Assembly (NCBI GenBank): GCA_964016885.1
Contig: OZ024747.1
Coordinates: forward strand, 62,558,001-62,622,000
Direction of reading: 5' to 3'
From: Eledone cirrhosa
Lineage: Eukaryota
Length of the DNA stretch: 64,000 bases
This document shows positions 1 to 14,789 of this stretch, piece by piece; position 1 is the stretch's first letter, and each line of letters starts with the position of its first letter. Both the position numbers and the translations under genes were made by a program. The notes below the pieces were generated by a model. It was not told the origin of the DNA. It saw only the letters and a program-made list of their open reading frames with translations, and searched no databases.

Positions 1-3000
1 AGATACCCAGACATTAAGACAGAACAGATACCCAGGTATTAAGACAGAACAGATACCCAGGCATTAAGACAGAACAGATACCGAGGTGTTAAGACAGAAC
101 AGATACCCAGGCATTAAGACAGAACAGATACCCAGGCATTAAGACAGAACAGATACCGAGGTGTTAAGACAGAACAGATACCCAGGTATTAAGACAGAAC
201 AGATACCCAGGCGTTAAGACAGAACAGATACCCAGGTATTAAGACAGAACAGATACCCAGGTATTAAGACAGAACAGATACCCAGGTATTAAGACAGAAC
301 AGATACCCAGGCATTAAGACAGAACAGATACCCAGGTATTAAGACAGAACAGATACCGAGGTGTTAAGACAGAACAGATACCCAGGTATTAAGACAGAAC
401 AGATACCCAGGCGTTAAGACAGAACAGATACCCAGGTATTAAGACGGAACAGATACCCAGGTATTAAGACAGAACAGATACCCAGGTGTTAAGACAACAG
501 ATACCCAGGCATTAAGACAGAACAGATACCCAGGTGTTAAGACAACAGATACCCAGGCATTAAGACAGAACAGATACCCAGGTATTAAGACAACTGATAC
601 CCAGGTATTAGGACAGAACAGATACCCAGGTATTAAGACAGAACAGATACCCAGGTATTAAGACAACTGATACCGAGGTGTTAAGACAGAACAGATACCC
701 AGGTATTAAGACAACTGATACCGAGGTGTTAAGACAGAACAGATACCCAGGTATTAAGACAGAACAGATACTCAGACATTAAGACAGAACAGATACCCAG
801 GTGTTAAGACAACAGATACCCGGGTATTAAGACAGAACAGATACCCAGGCATTAAGACAGAACAGATACCCAGGCATTAAGACAGAACAGATACCCAGAC
901 ATTAAGACAACTGATACCCAGGCATTAAGACAGAACAGATACCGAGGTGTTAAGACAGAACAGATACCCAGGCATTAAGACAGAACAGATACCCAGGCAT
1001 TAAGACAGAACAGATACCCAGGCATTAAGACAGAACAGATACCCAGACATTAAGACAACTGATACCCAGGCATTAAGGCAGAACAGATACCGAGGTGTTA
1101 AGACAGAACAGATACCCAGGCATTAAGACAGAACAGATACCCAGGTATTAAGACAGAACAGATACCCAGGCATTAAGACAGAACAGATACCCAGGTATTA
1201 AGACAGAACAGATACCGAGGTGTTAAGACAGAACAGATACCCAGGCATTAAGACAGAACAGATACCCAGGTATTAAGACAGAACAGATACCCAGGCATTA
1301 AGACAGAACAGATACCCAGGCATTAAGACAGAACAGATACCCAGGTATTAAGACAGAACAGATACCGAGGTGTTAAGACAGAACAGATACCCAGGCATTA
1401 AGACAGAACAGATACCCAGGTATTAAGACAGAACAGATACCCAGGTATTAAGACAGAACAGATACCGAGGTGTTAAGACAGAACAGATACCCAGGTATTA
1501 AGACAGAACAGATACCCAGGCATTAAGACAGAACAGATACCCAGACATTAAGACAGAACAGATACCCAGGTATTAAGACAGAACAGATACCCAGGCATTA
1601 AGACAGAACAGATACCCAGGTATTAAGACAGAACAGATACCGAGGTGTTAAGACAGAACAGATACCCAGGTATTAAGACAGAACAGATACCCAGGCATTA
1701 AGACAGAACAGATACCCAGGTATTAAGACAGAACAGATACCCAGGTATTAAGACAGAACAGATACCCAGGTATTAAGACAGAACAGATACCCAGGTATTA
1801 AGACAGAACAGATACCGAGGTGTTAAGACAGAACAGATACCCAGGCATTAAGACAGAACAGATACCCAGGCATTAAGACAGAACAGATACCCAGGCATTA
1901 AGACAGAACAGATACCCAGGTATTAAGACAGAACAGATACCGAGGTGTTAAGACAGAACAGATACCGAGGTGTTAAGACAGAACAGATACCCAGGTATTA
2001 AGACAGAACAGATACCCAGACATTAAGACAGAACAGATACCCAGGCATTAAGACAGAACAGATACCTAGACATTAAGACAGAACAGATACCCAGGTATTA
2101 AGACAGAACAGATACCCAGGTATTAAGACAGAACAGATACCGAGGTGTTAAGACAGAACAGATACCCAGGTATTAAGACAGAACAGATACCCAGGCATTA
2201 AGACAGAACAGATACCCAGGTATTAAGACAGAACAGATACCGAGGTGTTAAGACAGAACAGATACCCAGGTATTAAGACAGAACAGATACCCAGGCATTA
2301 AGACAGAACAGATACCCAGACATTAAGACAGAACAGATACCCAGGTGTTAAGACAGAACAGATACCCAGACATTAAGACAGAACAGATACCCAGGTATTA
2401 AGACAGAACAGATACCCAGGTGTTAAGACAGAACAGATACCCAGGTATTAAGACAGAACAGATACCGAGGTGTTAAGACAGAACAGATACCCAGGTATTA
2501 AGACAGAACAGATACTCAGGCATTAAGACAGAACAGATACCCAGGTATTAAGACAGAACAGATACCCAGACATTAAAACAGAACAGATACCCAGACATTA
2601 AGACAGAACAGATACCCAGGTATTAAGACAGAACAGATACCCAGGCATTAAGACAACAGATACCGAGGTTTTAAGACAGAACAGATACCCAGACATTAAG
2701 ACAGAACAGATACCCAGACATTAAGACAGAACAGATACCCAGGTATTAAGACAGAACAGATACCCAGGCATTAAGACAGAACAGATACCGAGGTGTTAAG
2801 ACAGAACAGATACCCAGGTATTAAGACAGAACAGATACCCAGGCATTAAGACAGAACAGATACCCAGGCATTAAGACAGAACAGATACCCAGGTATTAAG
2901 ACAGAACAGATACCCAGGTATTAAGACAGAACAGATACCCAGGTATTAAGACAGAACAGATACCCAGGCATTAAGACAGAACAGATACCCAGGCATTAAG

Positions 3001-3294
3001 ACAGAACAGATACCGAGGTGTTAAGACAGAACAGATACCCAGGTATTAAGACAGAACAGATACCCAGGCATTAAGACAGAACAGATACCCAGGCATTAAG
3101 ACAGAACAGATACCCAGGTATTAAGACAGAACAGATACCCAGGTATTAAGACAGAACAGATACCCAGGTATTAAGACAGAACAGATACCCAGGCATTAAG
3201 ACAGAACAGATACCCAGGTATTAAGACAACAGATACCCAGGTATTAAGACAACAGATACCCAGGTATTAAAACAGAACAGATACCCAGACATTC
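1..3294. repeat. 25-bp tandem satellite (AGATACCCAGGTATTAAGACAGAAC), about 130 units, open at window start
   Basis: Direct periodicity of 25 nt; variants GTATT/GCATT/ACATT and CCGAGGTGTT, occasional 22-nt units. Confidence 0.98.
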
Positions 3295-3419
3295 TTAATT
3301 CGACGCCATAACGACTCTGTCAATATCCCGCCTGTAAAGTCCTGTGACAGATCAACAAAAACATAATGAAACACTTTATATGGAGAATGAAGGGTTTGAG
3401 TATGGCATGGGTTGACTAC

Positions 3420-4430
3420 AACATAACATCACAACATCACCATAAACACCTACAACAGAATACCACCACCAACATCACCACATCAACACCTACATAACAA
3501 TACTACCCCATCAACCCCTCCATCACAGCACGAGCACCACCGCCAAGGTTGTTACCAACACCAACATCCACGTCACGCCACTCCCGCCCTAATATCGTCA
3601 GCACCACCAATAGCTACACCATCCCTATCACATCACCACCAACATCACAGCGTCATGTCCACATCACACCACGCCACCAACACCGCACTATTAGCACCAC
3701 ACTATTAGCACCACGCCACCAACACCACACTATTAGCACCACATCACCACGCCAACAGCACCACACCACCACAGCACCACACCACCAGCACCACACCGCC
3801 AGCACCACACCACCAGCACCACACCACCAGCACCACACCGCCAGCACCACACGACCAGCACCACACCACCACACTATTAGCACCACACCACCACACCGTA
3901 CCACCACACCACCAGCACCACACCACCAGCACCACACCACACCACCACCACCACACCATCCCACCACACCACCACACCACCAGCACCACACTATTAGCAC
4001 CACACCACCACACCACCAGCACCACACCACAACACAACCACACCACCACACCACCATACCACACCACCACACCACCATACCACACCACCAGCACCACACC
4101 ATCCCACCACACCACCACACCACCAGCACCACACTATTAGCACCACACCACCACACCACCAGCACCACACCACAACACAACCACACCACCACACCACCAT
4201 ACCACACCACCACACCACCATACCACACCACCAGCACCACACCACCACACCACCACACTATTAGCACCACACCACCACCACACCACCAGCACCACCACAC
4301 TATTAGCGCCACACCACCACACCACCACACCACCACACTATTAGCACCACACCACCACACTATTCGCACCACACCACCACACCACCAGCACCACACCACC
4401 ACACCACCATACCATTAGCACCACACCACC
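3420..4430. repeat. CAC/ACC-rich degenerate tandem repeat
   Basis: CACCACAC/CACCAGCAC motifs with recurring CACTATTAG; the His/Thr/Pro ORFs here are repeat artefacts. Confidence 0.9.
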
Positions 4431-4489
4431 GCTCCTTCTGAAGCAGTGTTATTTCAAAGAGATAATTCCTGACACAAGGTTCATTTGAA

Positions 4490-4760
4490 GGGAGAGACAG
4501 AGAGAGGGGGGGGGAGAAAGGGAGAGATAGGAGAGAAAGGGAGAGAGAGAAAGAGAAAGGGAGGGATAGAAGGAGAGAAAGGGAGAGAGAGAAAGAGAAA
4601 GGGGGGGGGTAGAAGGAGAGAGAGAGTGGGAGAGAGAGATAGAGGAAGAGAAAAAGGGAGAAATAGAGGGAGGGAGAGACAGAGGAAGAGAAAAAGGGAG
4701 AGAGAGAAAGAGAGAGGGAGAGAGAGAGAGAGAGGAAGAGAAAAAGAAAGGGAGAAAGAT
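4490..4760. repeat. GA-rich low-complexity tract
   Basis: Polypurine (GA/GGA) run. Confidence 0.9.
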
Positions 4761-4841
4761 GAAGAGACAATGTCTGACATCTAAAGGTTTCGTGAAACAA
4801 AATAACAAAAAAAAACACCCCGATAACAACATGAAAGATTT

Positions 4842-4912
4842 TAGTAGTAGTAGTAGTAGTAGTAGTAGAAGTAGTAGTAGTGGTGGTGGTGGTGGTGGTT
4901 GTTGTAGTAGTG

Positions 4913-4946
<34 letters not shown>

Positions 4947-5284
4947 TAGTAGTATAAGTAGTGGTAGTAATAGTAGTAGTGGTAGTAGTAGTAATAGTAG
5001 TAGTAGTAGTAATAGTAGTAGTGGTAGTAATAGTAGTAGTGGTAGTAGTAGTAGTGGTAGTGGTGGTGGTGGTAGTTGTAGTGGTAGTAGTAGTGGTAGT
5101 AGTAGTAGTAGTAGTGGTAGTAATAGTAGTAGTGGAAGTAGTAGTAGTAGTAGTGGTAGTAATAGTAGTAGTAGTAGTGGAAGTAGTAGTAGTAGTAATA
5201 GTAGTAGTGGTAGTAGTAGTGGTAGTAGTAGTGGTGGTGGTAGTTGTAGTGGTGGTAGTAGTAGCAGTGGTGGTGGTGGCAGTT

Positions 5285-5315
<31 letters not shown>

Positions 5316-5490
5316 CAGTTGTGATAGTAGTATTGGTAGTAGTAGTAGTGGTGGCGGTGATAATGGTGGCAGTTGTGGTGGTAGTAGTAGTAGTTGTAGT
5401 AGTATTGGTGGTGGTAGTGGTGGTGGTGATAATGGTGGAAGTTGTGGCAGTAGTAGTAGTAGTAGTAGTAGTGGTGATAATGGTGGCAAT
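4842..5490. repeat. (AGT)n/(GGT)n compound trinucleotide microsatellite
   Basis: Direct reading. Confidence 0.95.
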
Positions 5491-6080
5491 AGAGGTGAGA
5501 GAAGATGAGGTCTTTTTACTGCCTCAGATCCAGGTTAATTTTCGTTTTTTTCTTTTCTACTTCTGCCGTTCTCTCTTTAAAAAAATGAACACCATCTCTC
5601 TCTTCCCCTCTCTCTCTCTCTCTCACTCTCTCTCTCTTTAACTATTCTTTCTAACACTGGTGTTTTTCCGAAACACCGTTCTGACCTAGGTCTGCCCCCC
5701 CCCCCCCTCCCTTTCCTTTTTCCTTTGTCTAGTAGTCCTTATTCTTCCTCTCTTTTTCCTCTCATTTATGGCATTTATAGTCCTTTCCAATACTGCTCTC
5801 TTTTTATGTATGTTTATATAACTCTACTGCCAAATAAAACTATATAGTTTTTCTAATTTAGACTGCGGACATACTGGTGCATTGCCTTGAATTCTAATCC
5901 AACTTTAACACAGTAACACCTCACAAAGATTCACGATTAATAACCTTTAATAGAAATATCGTATTGTTCGGAATATAAGATGCATTGGTTTCTTTACCCT
6001 AACATGGTAGGTTATATAGTAGGTATAGGCGATGAATTGGCAATTCTCTAACCACTCAGCCACACGTTAGTCGTATAGGT

Positions 6081-6240
6081 GGCGGCGAATTGGTAGAGTC
6101 GTTAGAACATCGGATAGAATGCTTTATGGTATTGGTTCCGACTATCTGCTCTCTGAGTTCAAATCCCACCGAGGTCAACTTAGTTTTTCATACTTTCAAG
6201 GTCGATATAAAAAGTACCAGTCTAGTACTGGGGTCGATTC
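6081..6240 (+). mobile_element. tRNA-derived SINE family A, diverged copy
   Basis: A-box-like TGGTAGAGTCG, B-box GAGTTCAAATCCC, central TTTCAT..GGTCGAT..AAGTACCAG motif shared with many copies in the window. Confidence 0.8.
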
Positions 6241-7340
6241 TTCCTCTATATCTCTTTTCCACTTTCTATCTTTCTCTGGAAGAAATCTGCTGTACTGAGG
6301 CCTGGAGAGGGATGGTTTCCGCCGGGCTTTAAATGTTCAAGAAATTCCGTGTGTCAATACAGCGCCCCTGCGATTCTATCAGGGGTTACGGGACCACACC
6401 ATACCATACCATATAGTAGGTTAGACAATTGGGAATCAAAATCGATTCTTACTTATTCATCACAATTTATAAACATATATATTAATTTTTAATAAGAGAC
6501 TAATGAAATTCAGATTGATTAGACGAAATTAATTATACTAGGCAATAATTAGTTCACATAGTTCATGGTTGATTACTAAGTGATTTATTTAACTCTGTTA
6601 TATGTTCTCTGTCTGATCAAACGTGAAAAGCAACAACAGTAACTACAATGTAACTCATAAATGTTGTTTCTGTTTCACTGTTAAGTCAAGAAGAACAAGC
6701 TGGCGCCTTTGATCCCGGCTCTTTTCAGTGTGTTTGAGATTTGTGGAACGGAGAGAAGGTCTTATAAAACTGGAGACATGGTCGACATGTTAGAATGGAA
6801 CTTTAACCTAGGTGGAATTTGAACTCAGATCACAGAGAGTCCGAAAAATATCAGAGATTTTATCTTACATTCTAACAACTCTTGCAAAGAACTCTATTTA
6901 CAAGAGTTGTTAGACAATTGAGCCGAATTCCAATTGTCTGCAATTGTTATGGCAAATCTAAATATTTCACTGAGATCAAACATCTTAACCAAGGCGAAAC
7001 TTCTTTTACTTTCAAATAAAATAGATTCATCTGAAGTAAGGACAATATTAAATACGATATCAACTATTAAAATAGCGAGATAGGGTTAGTATTGTTAACA
7101 GAATTAAATAAGAGAAACCAATTCAACGATTTCTTGAAAGTAGATATACTTATTTCTGATACTTGTGATCACAAGGAATATCAAAGAAGAATATCAAGAC
7201 TTCAAACAATGCTTCAGAGTAAATACTATATAATGGTTTCTGACATAGGCACAAGACCAACTGTTTTAGAGGAAGGAGAAAGTCGATTAAATCGACCCCA
7301 GTATTTGATGGCTAGCCTATCTTATCGATCAGCGTATAGT

Positions 7341-7566
7341 AAACAATGATTTCTGATTTAGGCACAAAACTAACAATTTGGGGGAAAAGGGAAAGAACGA
7401 TAAAATCGACCCCAGTACTTAGCTGGTACTTTATTTTATCGACCCCGTAAGGATGAAAGGCAAAATTAACCTCGGCGGGATTTGAACTCAGATCGTAAAG
7501 GGTCATAACTCTATGCTGAAAAGCATGACGTCCGACCCTCTACCGATACTGCCAATCCACCGCCCT
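7341..7566 (-). mobile_element. tRNA-derived SINE family A, long form
   Basis: Reverse complement of GGCGGTGGATTGGCAGTATCGGTAG...GAGTTCAAATCCCGCCGAGG...CCTTTCATCCTTACGGGGTCGATAAAATAAAGTACCAG; the central block resembles the Meta-SINE domain (from memory, not searched). Confidence 0.92.
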
Positions 7567-7583
7567 AGTGTATTGTAAATAAT

Positions 7584-7772
7584 TGTTTCTACTTTTGGTA
7601 CAAGGTCAGCAATTACTCCAGTGCATTACTGGTACTATATTTTATCGACCCCCGTAAGGATGAAAGGCAAAGTTAACCTCGGCGGGATTTGAACTTAGAT
7701 CGTAAAGGACCGTAACTCTATGCTGCAAAGCATGGCGTCCGACCCTCTACCGATACAGCTAATCCCAGGCTT
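7584..7772 (-). mobile_element. tRNA-derived SINE family A, short form, 18-bp TSD
   Basis: TAGTGTATTGTAAATAAT at 7566-7583 and 7773-7790. Confidence 0.92.
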
Positions 7773-8334
7773 TAGTGTATTGTAAATAATGAAACGTGAA
7801 TCTCCTTCAAATGGATTTTTATTGACGTTAGAATATTATAGAAGCTTCCATAGAATATTATCAATGGATACATAAAGAGAATTAACTGCTAGAAAATCCA
7901 TTTAAAAGGAAGTAGCTTTTCAATACATTATTGGATTATATTAGACATAGATTGAAGTAATAACTGTTATATAATACGGACTAGTTATCATAGGGTTTTA
8001 TGTTAGCCACAGATCATTACCTGCTTTAGCAGAAGATCTGTGGTATTGATTAATATAGAAATAACCTAAGCCATCTGCGAGTTATCACCAAATTGGTTAA
8101 CATAAGAAAATGATCTAAGGTTTAGGATATGGTAGAGCCTGGATCACCCGACAGCCATTTTACGTAGATGTGTGGAGAGGGATCCCTTCATTTATATGGC
8201 TATATTGATATATATGTAAATACAATGTATACATAAATGTCTCTGTATATTATGTGTGTATGTATGTATGTATGTATGTATGTATGTATGTATGTATGTA
8301 TGTATGTATGTATGTATGTGCGTGTGTATATATG

Positions 8335-9139
8335 TTCTTCTGATTTTATAATTTCACAAATGTTTGCCAATAGAGAGTGAGTCGGTTTCTCTGAATGTAT
8401 GTTCTCTCTTTCTCTTAATTTCGAGTATATTTTTGACCGGCCACCTACCTAGTGGCAAGGTTGTAAAAGAAAAGAAATTGTCATCCCCTGAATCGCAAGA
8501 ATGTTTTGCAAATTTTGAAGGTGCCAGCTATCGCAGCCATTTGTAGACTATGAATTAGGGAGCTGCGCTCTTTGTCCGCAAATCCAAGTTCAGTTATACA
8601 TTGGTCCAAGCGGGTTGGTCTATAACCCGTAGCTCCAATAATGATGGGTATGAAGCTAAAGGTGTATTTGTAAACTCCTCATCAATGGTCCGTAGATGTC
8701 CTCCTCCTGTATTTTTCTGACAACGTTTACATCAAGTGGGCAGCTGATCTCCACAACAGAACACGTTTTCTAATGTGTGGTCCCAAACTACAATATCAGG
8801 CCGGTTGTGCTTTAATTTGGTGGCAGTTTTTATTTTCAGGTTCCACCAGTATTCTTTAGTGCCATCTGTCTCAATATATTCTTCCTCGTTTGTTTTTAAT
8901 TTTGTTTTCCGAAGTGCGTTCCAGATGGTTCTAGCTATCCCATCGTGTCTCATGGGGAGGTAGTAGCGAGATGACATTCTTTCGCAGCTGGTAACAATGT
9001 GGCTTACATCTTCGATCTTTGTTTTACATAGCTTACATTTATTGTCAGCTGATGGCCCTCCTCTTTTGTGCAGCAGATATTTGGTAGGGAGTTCTTGTTC
9101 TTGTATTGCATAGAGATATCCCTCAAGGTGTGATGTCAT
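8335..9139 (-). mobile_element. 5'-truncated R4/Dong-like non-LTR retrotransposon (CCHC knuckle + restriction-like endonuclease + 3' UTR)
   Basis: Translation [14 protein letters not shown]...CKLCKTKIEDVSHIVTSC...RHD...RPDIVVWD, frameshift, then VVEISCP; 3' end ...AAAATCAGAAGAA adjoining a (CATA)n tract. Confidence 0.88.
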
Positions 9140-9770
<631 letters not shown>

Positions 9771-10118
9771 ACTACAATTATCCATCCTGTGTTTGTGAAA
9801 AATGCAATCTAACCATGTCTCCTGCCACCTTTACAAAATTAGTTTCCTTAATCTACTTTTGGTGATAATAAAAAAAAAGAAAACTGCCAGAAACTACAAA
9901 AAAAAAAATCTTTTTCTCACCAGCTGAACTAATGTTTTCCTACAAATGACAATCAGACGTTTCCAATATACGCTCTTGTTTTTTAGATGCTCTCAACATT
10001 TTTCGCTGTACAGCTAATAATCTTGCTCGGAATTTTTGTACACGTCATCGTTTTTTACTTCCTTTGCAATATATTACATCGTTTTCTTTTGTGTGTGCGT
10101 GTGTGTGCGTGCGTGTGC

Positions 10119-10151
<33 letters not shown>

Positions 10152-10853
10152 TGTGTGCGTGTTAACTCTATATCTCTAGCGTGTAAAATATTTTAGAATA
10201 TATACAGAAAGTAGTTACTTAAATATTTGATAATTGTTTCATTGTCTCAACCTATGTAAGATGGTCGTCAGAACGTTGGATATTTACTGTGGTTGTGTGA
10301 GCTCTGAGTTCCACACTATCAACCATTTTATCATCGGGGGTCGATAAAGAAAGTACCAGTCCAATTCTTCTCGCTTTCCAGCTTTTATACCTTGAATGTT
10401 ACGTTAAATCAAACGGGAAGGTTCGAGAGGGTGCATGTATCTGAATTTGACAACTAGGTTGTTTTTTTTATAGAAAGCATCGTACATGCATGGTACATAC
10501 TACTACGTCATACTTGATTATAAATGAAGGCTGTTGTTTATTTTTACTAGCAGGGCAAAGTTACATCATAAGGTTTAGTCATTATAGAAATAGAAACGAT
10601 TTATAAATCCAGTATTATTGATGTAACATGTAACAGAATCTTCTAGAACCAAAATCTACTCCACACTATACAATAACTGGTTATGTTTTTGTTGCTGTTC
10701 TCGAAGAAACTTCTGATCAAAGAGATTCCAGTCATGATCATTCATAGTAGCCATTGTTTCAATACATTATGCTGGCTGTGATTTCAGGTTTTTAGGTTTT
10801 TAGGTTGTGTGTGTGTGTGTGTGTGAGCGAGAGAGATAGAGAGATATATAGAG

Positions 10854-10955
<102 letters not shown>

Positions 10956-11014
10956 TATTATAAATTCTTTATACAAAGCGAAAGAAGTAAAGCCAATGAA
11001 GAAGTTACTATGTA

Positions 11015-11190
11015 ATAATTAAACCTGCTAGACACAACAGCTAACTATATTAAAATTACACAATGTGGTCTTAGAAGAAGGACACATTGAATAAGTTAAC
11101 CCCACATACACTAAACTTCGTGAATGATTCTAGCTGGATCACGCCAGATAATAAATCCACGATAACAAGTCGATCTGGAACTTAAACATA
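11015..11190 (+). repeat. Unclassified interspersed repeat (related copy at about 42855-43040)
   Basis: Shared AGA(A/C)A(T/C)A(G/A)CA...TCTTA...ACACATT(G/A)(G/A)ATAA blocks between the two loci, diverged. Confidence 0.4.
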
Positions 11191-12819
11191 AATGAAATAT
11201 TTACGATACACAATGGGATTTTCAATCTTTATTAAAGATGTGAGTTAAATAAACGAACTAGTTCATATATAATAAACTTAACTAGTATTTTTTGAAAATA
11301 AGCCCATTTTAAAGGAATCCAATGAGTTGCATTAATTCTATTAAATTTTGTCTTTGTGAATTATCTCCCTATGAAGAAAGGATTGTTTAGGAATATTTGT
11401 TGCCTGTCGTATGATGATCAAGAATAAAAATAACTTAATCAGGAATAAGATATAAATTCTATTAACCGTCCCAACGGTAGAATCCTTTACTCATTCGAAA
11501 GATGTAACTGTCTAATCTGGAACGACACATACTGCGACACATTCTCCACTTCCAATCTTGTCGCGTCGGACACAAACTCCGGCACTGTTGTCCAGGAACG
11601 AAAGTTTGTCAAATGTTCAATTGCTTCCTTTTCGTGGCGGTCGCCATCGAGACATGTGGTGTTCTCGGGCCCCTAACTACTACTGCTTTTCTCTGTAAAA
11701 TTGGAAATGCATCACGCCTTAGAAAAAGGACCCCATAAAGTGGAGTGACTGCTGTAATGGGTGTCGCTGGTTGTTCTAAGCGACCATGCCTTCGTTATTT
11801 TGTCCTCACGATACAAAAGAGTAATACACCTAGGCTATAATATAGAGTTTGCTGCTCCCTCCTACTTCCGCTTACTTTCGTCATTTCATTTTTTTCTCTT
11901 TCATACTTTTTATAGTAAACATCACATGCTTAATTCTTTTATATTTTGTATTCGCGAATTAAGGCCCTTGACAGAAAGCTTCTTCCCAGTGTAACGACTG
12001 TCAAAAAAAAAAAAAAATCCTGAAAACAACTTCGACTAGAATCTGCAGCCAAAGCGAACCAATACGACCTGCATTTGTATTACGTGAGTAGAAGGCGATC
12101 GATGTGAAATGAAGAGATATTCTAAATAACATATAATACAGTTGGAGAGAAAAGAAAGACATACATTTGTGACAATAACCACGAGTTTGGAAGGATCATA
12201 TTATTAGAGTAAACTATAATCAACTTTAAGATTATAGAGTTAAACACAAAACTGAAATCCACTCCTTCATTCATCCATTCTTTCGTATATTCTGTCATTT
12301 AGACACTTCATCCTTCCATGCTGGGTAATTGCATATGTCAGAAGTTTATTTCAAATGAAAGAATGGATATATACTACAAAAGGAAATATTTGATTATGGA
12401 TTGACATATTGAACCTTCTAATTATTTCTTCACCAAAAGGAAACGTTCCCTAGTTTAAAGCTACCTTTCAAAACTAACGCTGCAAAGTATAAAACTCTCC
12501 TGGTTTGTGAAATGGACTGTTTTTATATATTTTTTTTATATATTTCTTTCCGTGTACGTTCCTCTTATACCACGCTTATATCAATAGGATATATTGTAAG
12601 TGTTCTCCATTGATCTTGGCAAGGATTCTTTAATAATTTCAACCAATGCCAAGTGAAAAAAAAACAAACAAAAAACAAAATAAAACAAAATGGTTGATGA
12701 AAGATAAAGTAACCTTACAAATGTATGAAGTGAATTAAGCAAAGATCAACTTTTCATTCCGGAAAGTTGTAAGTATGATCATTATGATTACCTATAATCT
12801 CGTTCATGGTGGTGACATC

Positions 12820-12887
<68 letters not shown>

Positions 12888-12982
12888 TATGTGTGTGTAT
12901 GTATGTATTCATGCGTGTATATGTATATGTATGAATGTATGTATGTATTCATACATGTATATATGTATATATGTATGTATGT

Positions 12983-13518
12983 GACAGGTTGTACTGGGTT
13001 ACATATTACCAGTAGCACTCAAGAGTGACCCGACATGGTCGGATCGTCGGCGACTAAACCGGCAACCCCACCAAGTTTACTTGGTGAGGAGGGTGATTTT
13101 GAACACCCTGCAGGACAAAAAACAAAATCTGTTCGGGTTATAGCTACTGTCGCTTAGAGAGTGGGATTGGCTCAGTGCACACTGTTTCCTTACTTTAAAA
13201 AATATCTTCACGCACAGGCTTTGCACGATAGAATTAATTAATTGTTTCTACTTTTTGGCACAAGGCCAGCAATAACCCAGTATATTACTGGTACTTTATT
13301 TTATCGACCCCGTAAGGATGAAAGGCAAAGTTAACCACGGCGGGATTTGAACTCAGATCATAAAGAGACGTAACTCTATGCTTCAAAGCATGGTGTCCGA
13401 CTCTCTACCGATACTGCCAATCCACATACTGCCAATCCACCACGATAGAATTAATTAATAATAATTAATAATGGTATATCGTGCAATGGCCGTACTCGAT
13501 AACGAGGGGGCAGCCATC
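12983..13518 (+). mobile_element. Non-autonomous RTE-derived element (type 2), 5' segment inverted, interrupted by a SINE
   Basis: Shares 5' block with 27507-28117 and 3' tail ...TACTCGATAACGAGGGGGCAGCCATC with 28150-28346 and 41875-42187. Confidence 0.75.
13243..13440 (-). mobile_element. tRNA-derived SINE family A, short form, 19-bp TSD
   Basis: CACGATAGAATTAATTAAT at 13224-13242 and 13441-13459. Confidence 0.93.
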
Positions 13519-13697
13519 GTGTATGTATGTATATGTGTATGTGTGTATGTATGTGTGTATGTATGTATGTATGTATGTATGTATGTACTTATTCATGTAT
13601 GTATGAATGTATTCATGCATGTATGTATGTATTCATGTGTGTATATAATCATGCATATACGTATGTATGTATGTATGTATGTATGTATGTATGTATG

Positions 13698-13731
<34 letters not shown>

Positions 13732-13757
13732 TGTATGTATTCATGCATGTATGTATA

Positions 13758-14147
13758 CATGACCCCTTAGCCTTTGTCAAGGCAGAATTCTAGGAGAAGG
13801 AAAACTCTGATATAACACCTGCAACCCTGATGGTATCCAATGATGTTGACTTGTTCTTCTTTTTGGTAAATATCATCTATAAAAGCTTCATCTATAAAAT
13901 ATCATCTATAAAAGCTTCACGGCACAGGCATTGCTTTATAACTGGAGATCCCTCTGCACTTGTCGTCACATGGTAGCATGGGCCCAGCACTATGTGTCAA
14001 TAATTGTCACAAGTGCAGTGTTTGTACCAGAGTTTTCAAGTCGCTGGCTGGACTAAAAAGTCACACTCGTTCAGCGCATCGGTAGGGGTTCTCCTACATG
14101 GATATAAAGTAGTGGTCGTACTCGAAAACGTGTTGGCAGCCACCATG
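13758..14147 (+). mobile_element. Non-autonomous RTE-derived element (type 1), 5'-truncated
   Basis: 14014-14085 encodes [23 protein letters not shown] (C2H2-like C-terminus typical of RTE ORFs); tail CTCGAAAACGTGTTGGCAGCCACCAT; near-identical to 27507-28117 and 61282-61892. Confidence 0.8.
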
Positions 14148-14159
14148 AGTGTATGTATG

Positions 14160-14462
14160 TTCTTCTGGTTTTATAATTTTAGAAATGTTTACCAATAGAG
14201 ACAGAGAGTCAGTTTCTAACATAGTTACAAGAATCTTTCATTGGAATTTAAACAACATCAACTAGGTAGATATGTATGCATGTCTGTATGCATGCGTACA
14301 TATCTAGGTAGGTATGTGCGCATGTCTGTATGCATGCATGCATGTGTGCAGGTATAGATGTTATTGTATGTGTGGATGTGGACGTTATGAGTTATATATG
14401 TGCATGAGCATATGCTTTGTATCTGTACATGCATCTATGCAGTTATTAGATGCAGAATTTTA
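14160..14462 (-). mobile_element. R4/Dong-like element 3' UTR fragment
   Basis: Reverse complement matches 29440-29680, including the terminal AAGAA followed by (CATA)n. Confidence 0.8.
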
Positions 14463-14789
14463 TGCATGTATGTATGTATGCGTGTGTGTACATTTACTTT
14501 CGTATGCACATATTCAGTGCTCTTATATATATATATAAAATGTATAATACACCCATTACACACAAAATTAAATATGCTCTTGCTTGTTGATCTCAGTGAC
14601 GCACGAAATGACGCCATTTTCTTGTTTAAAATCAAACTAATGGTTAAAGAGGATTTTCATGTCTTTTCTATGGCTATAGATCTCATGACCAAATTTAGGT
14701 GCAATTCCATCATGGGCATAGCACATAAAAAGGAAATTCGGATGTTGCTAATGACTGGCAATGTTCTGTCACAGTATTTAAATCCCCCA

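Noticed and set aside
1-3294. CRISPR-like or telomeric array
   Set aside because: No unique spacers, no cas genes, no TTAGGG
3549-5641. His/Thr-rich, Ser/Gly-rich and poly-Val/Leu ORFs
   Set aside because: Simple-repeat translations with overlapping frames; no splice or codon evidence
11510-11610. Minus-strand VRRDKIGSGECVAVCV resembling a LINE APE motif
   Set aside because: Too short and flanked by stops; cannot be supported without a search
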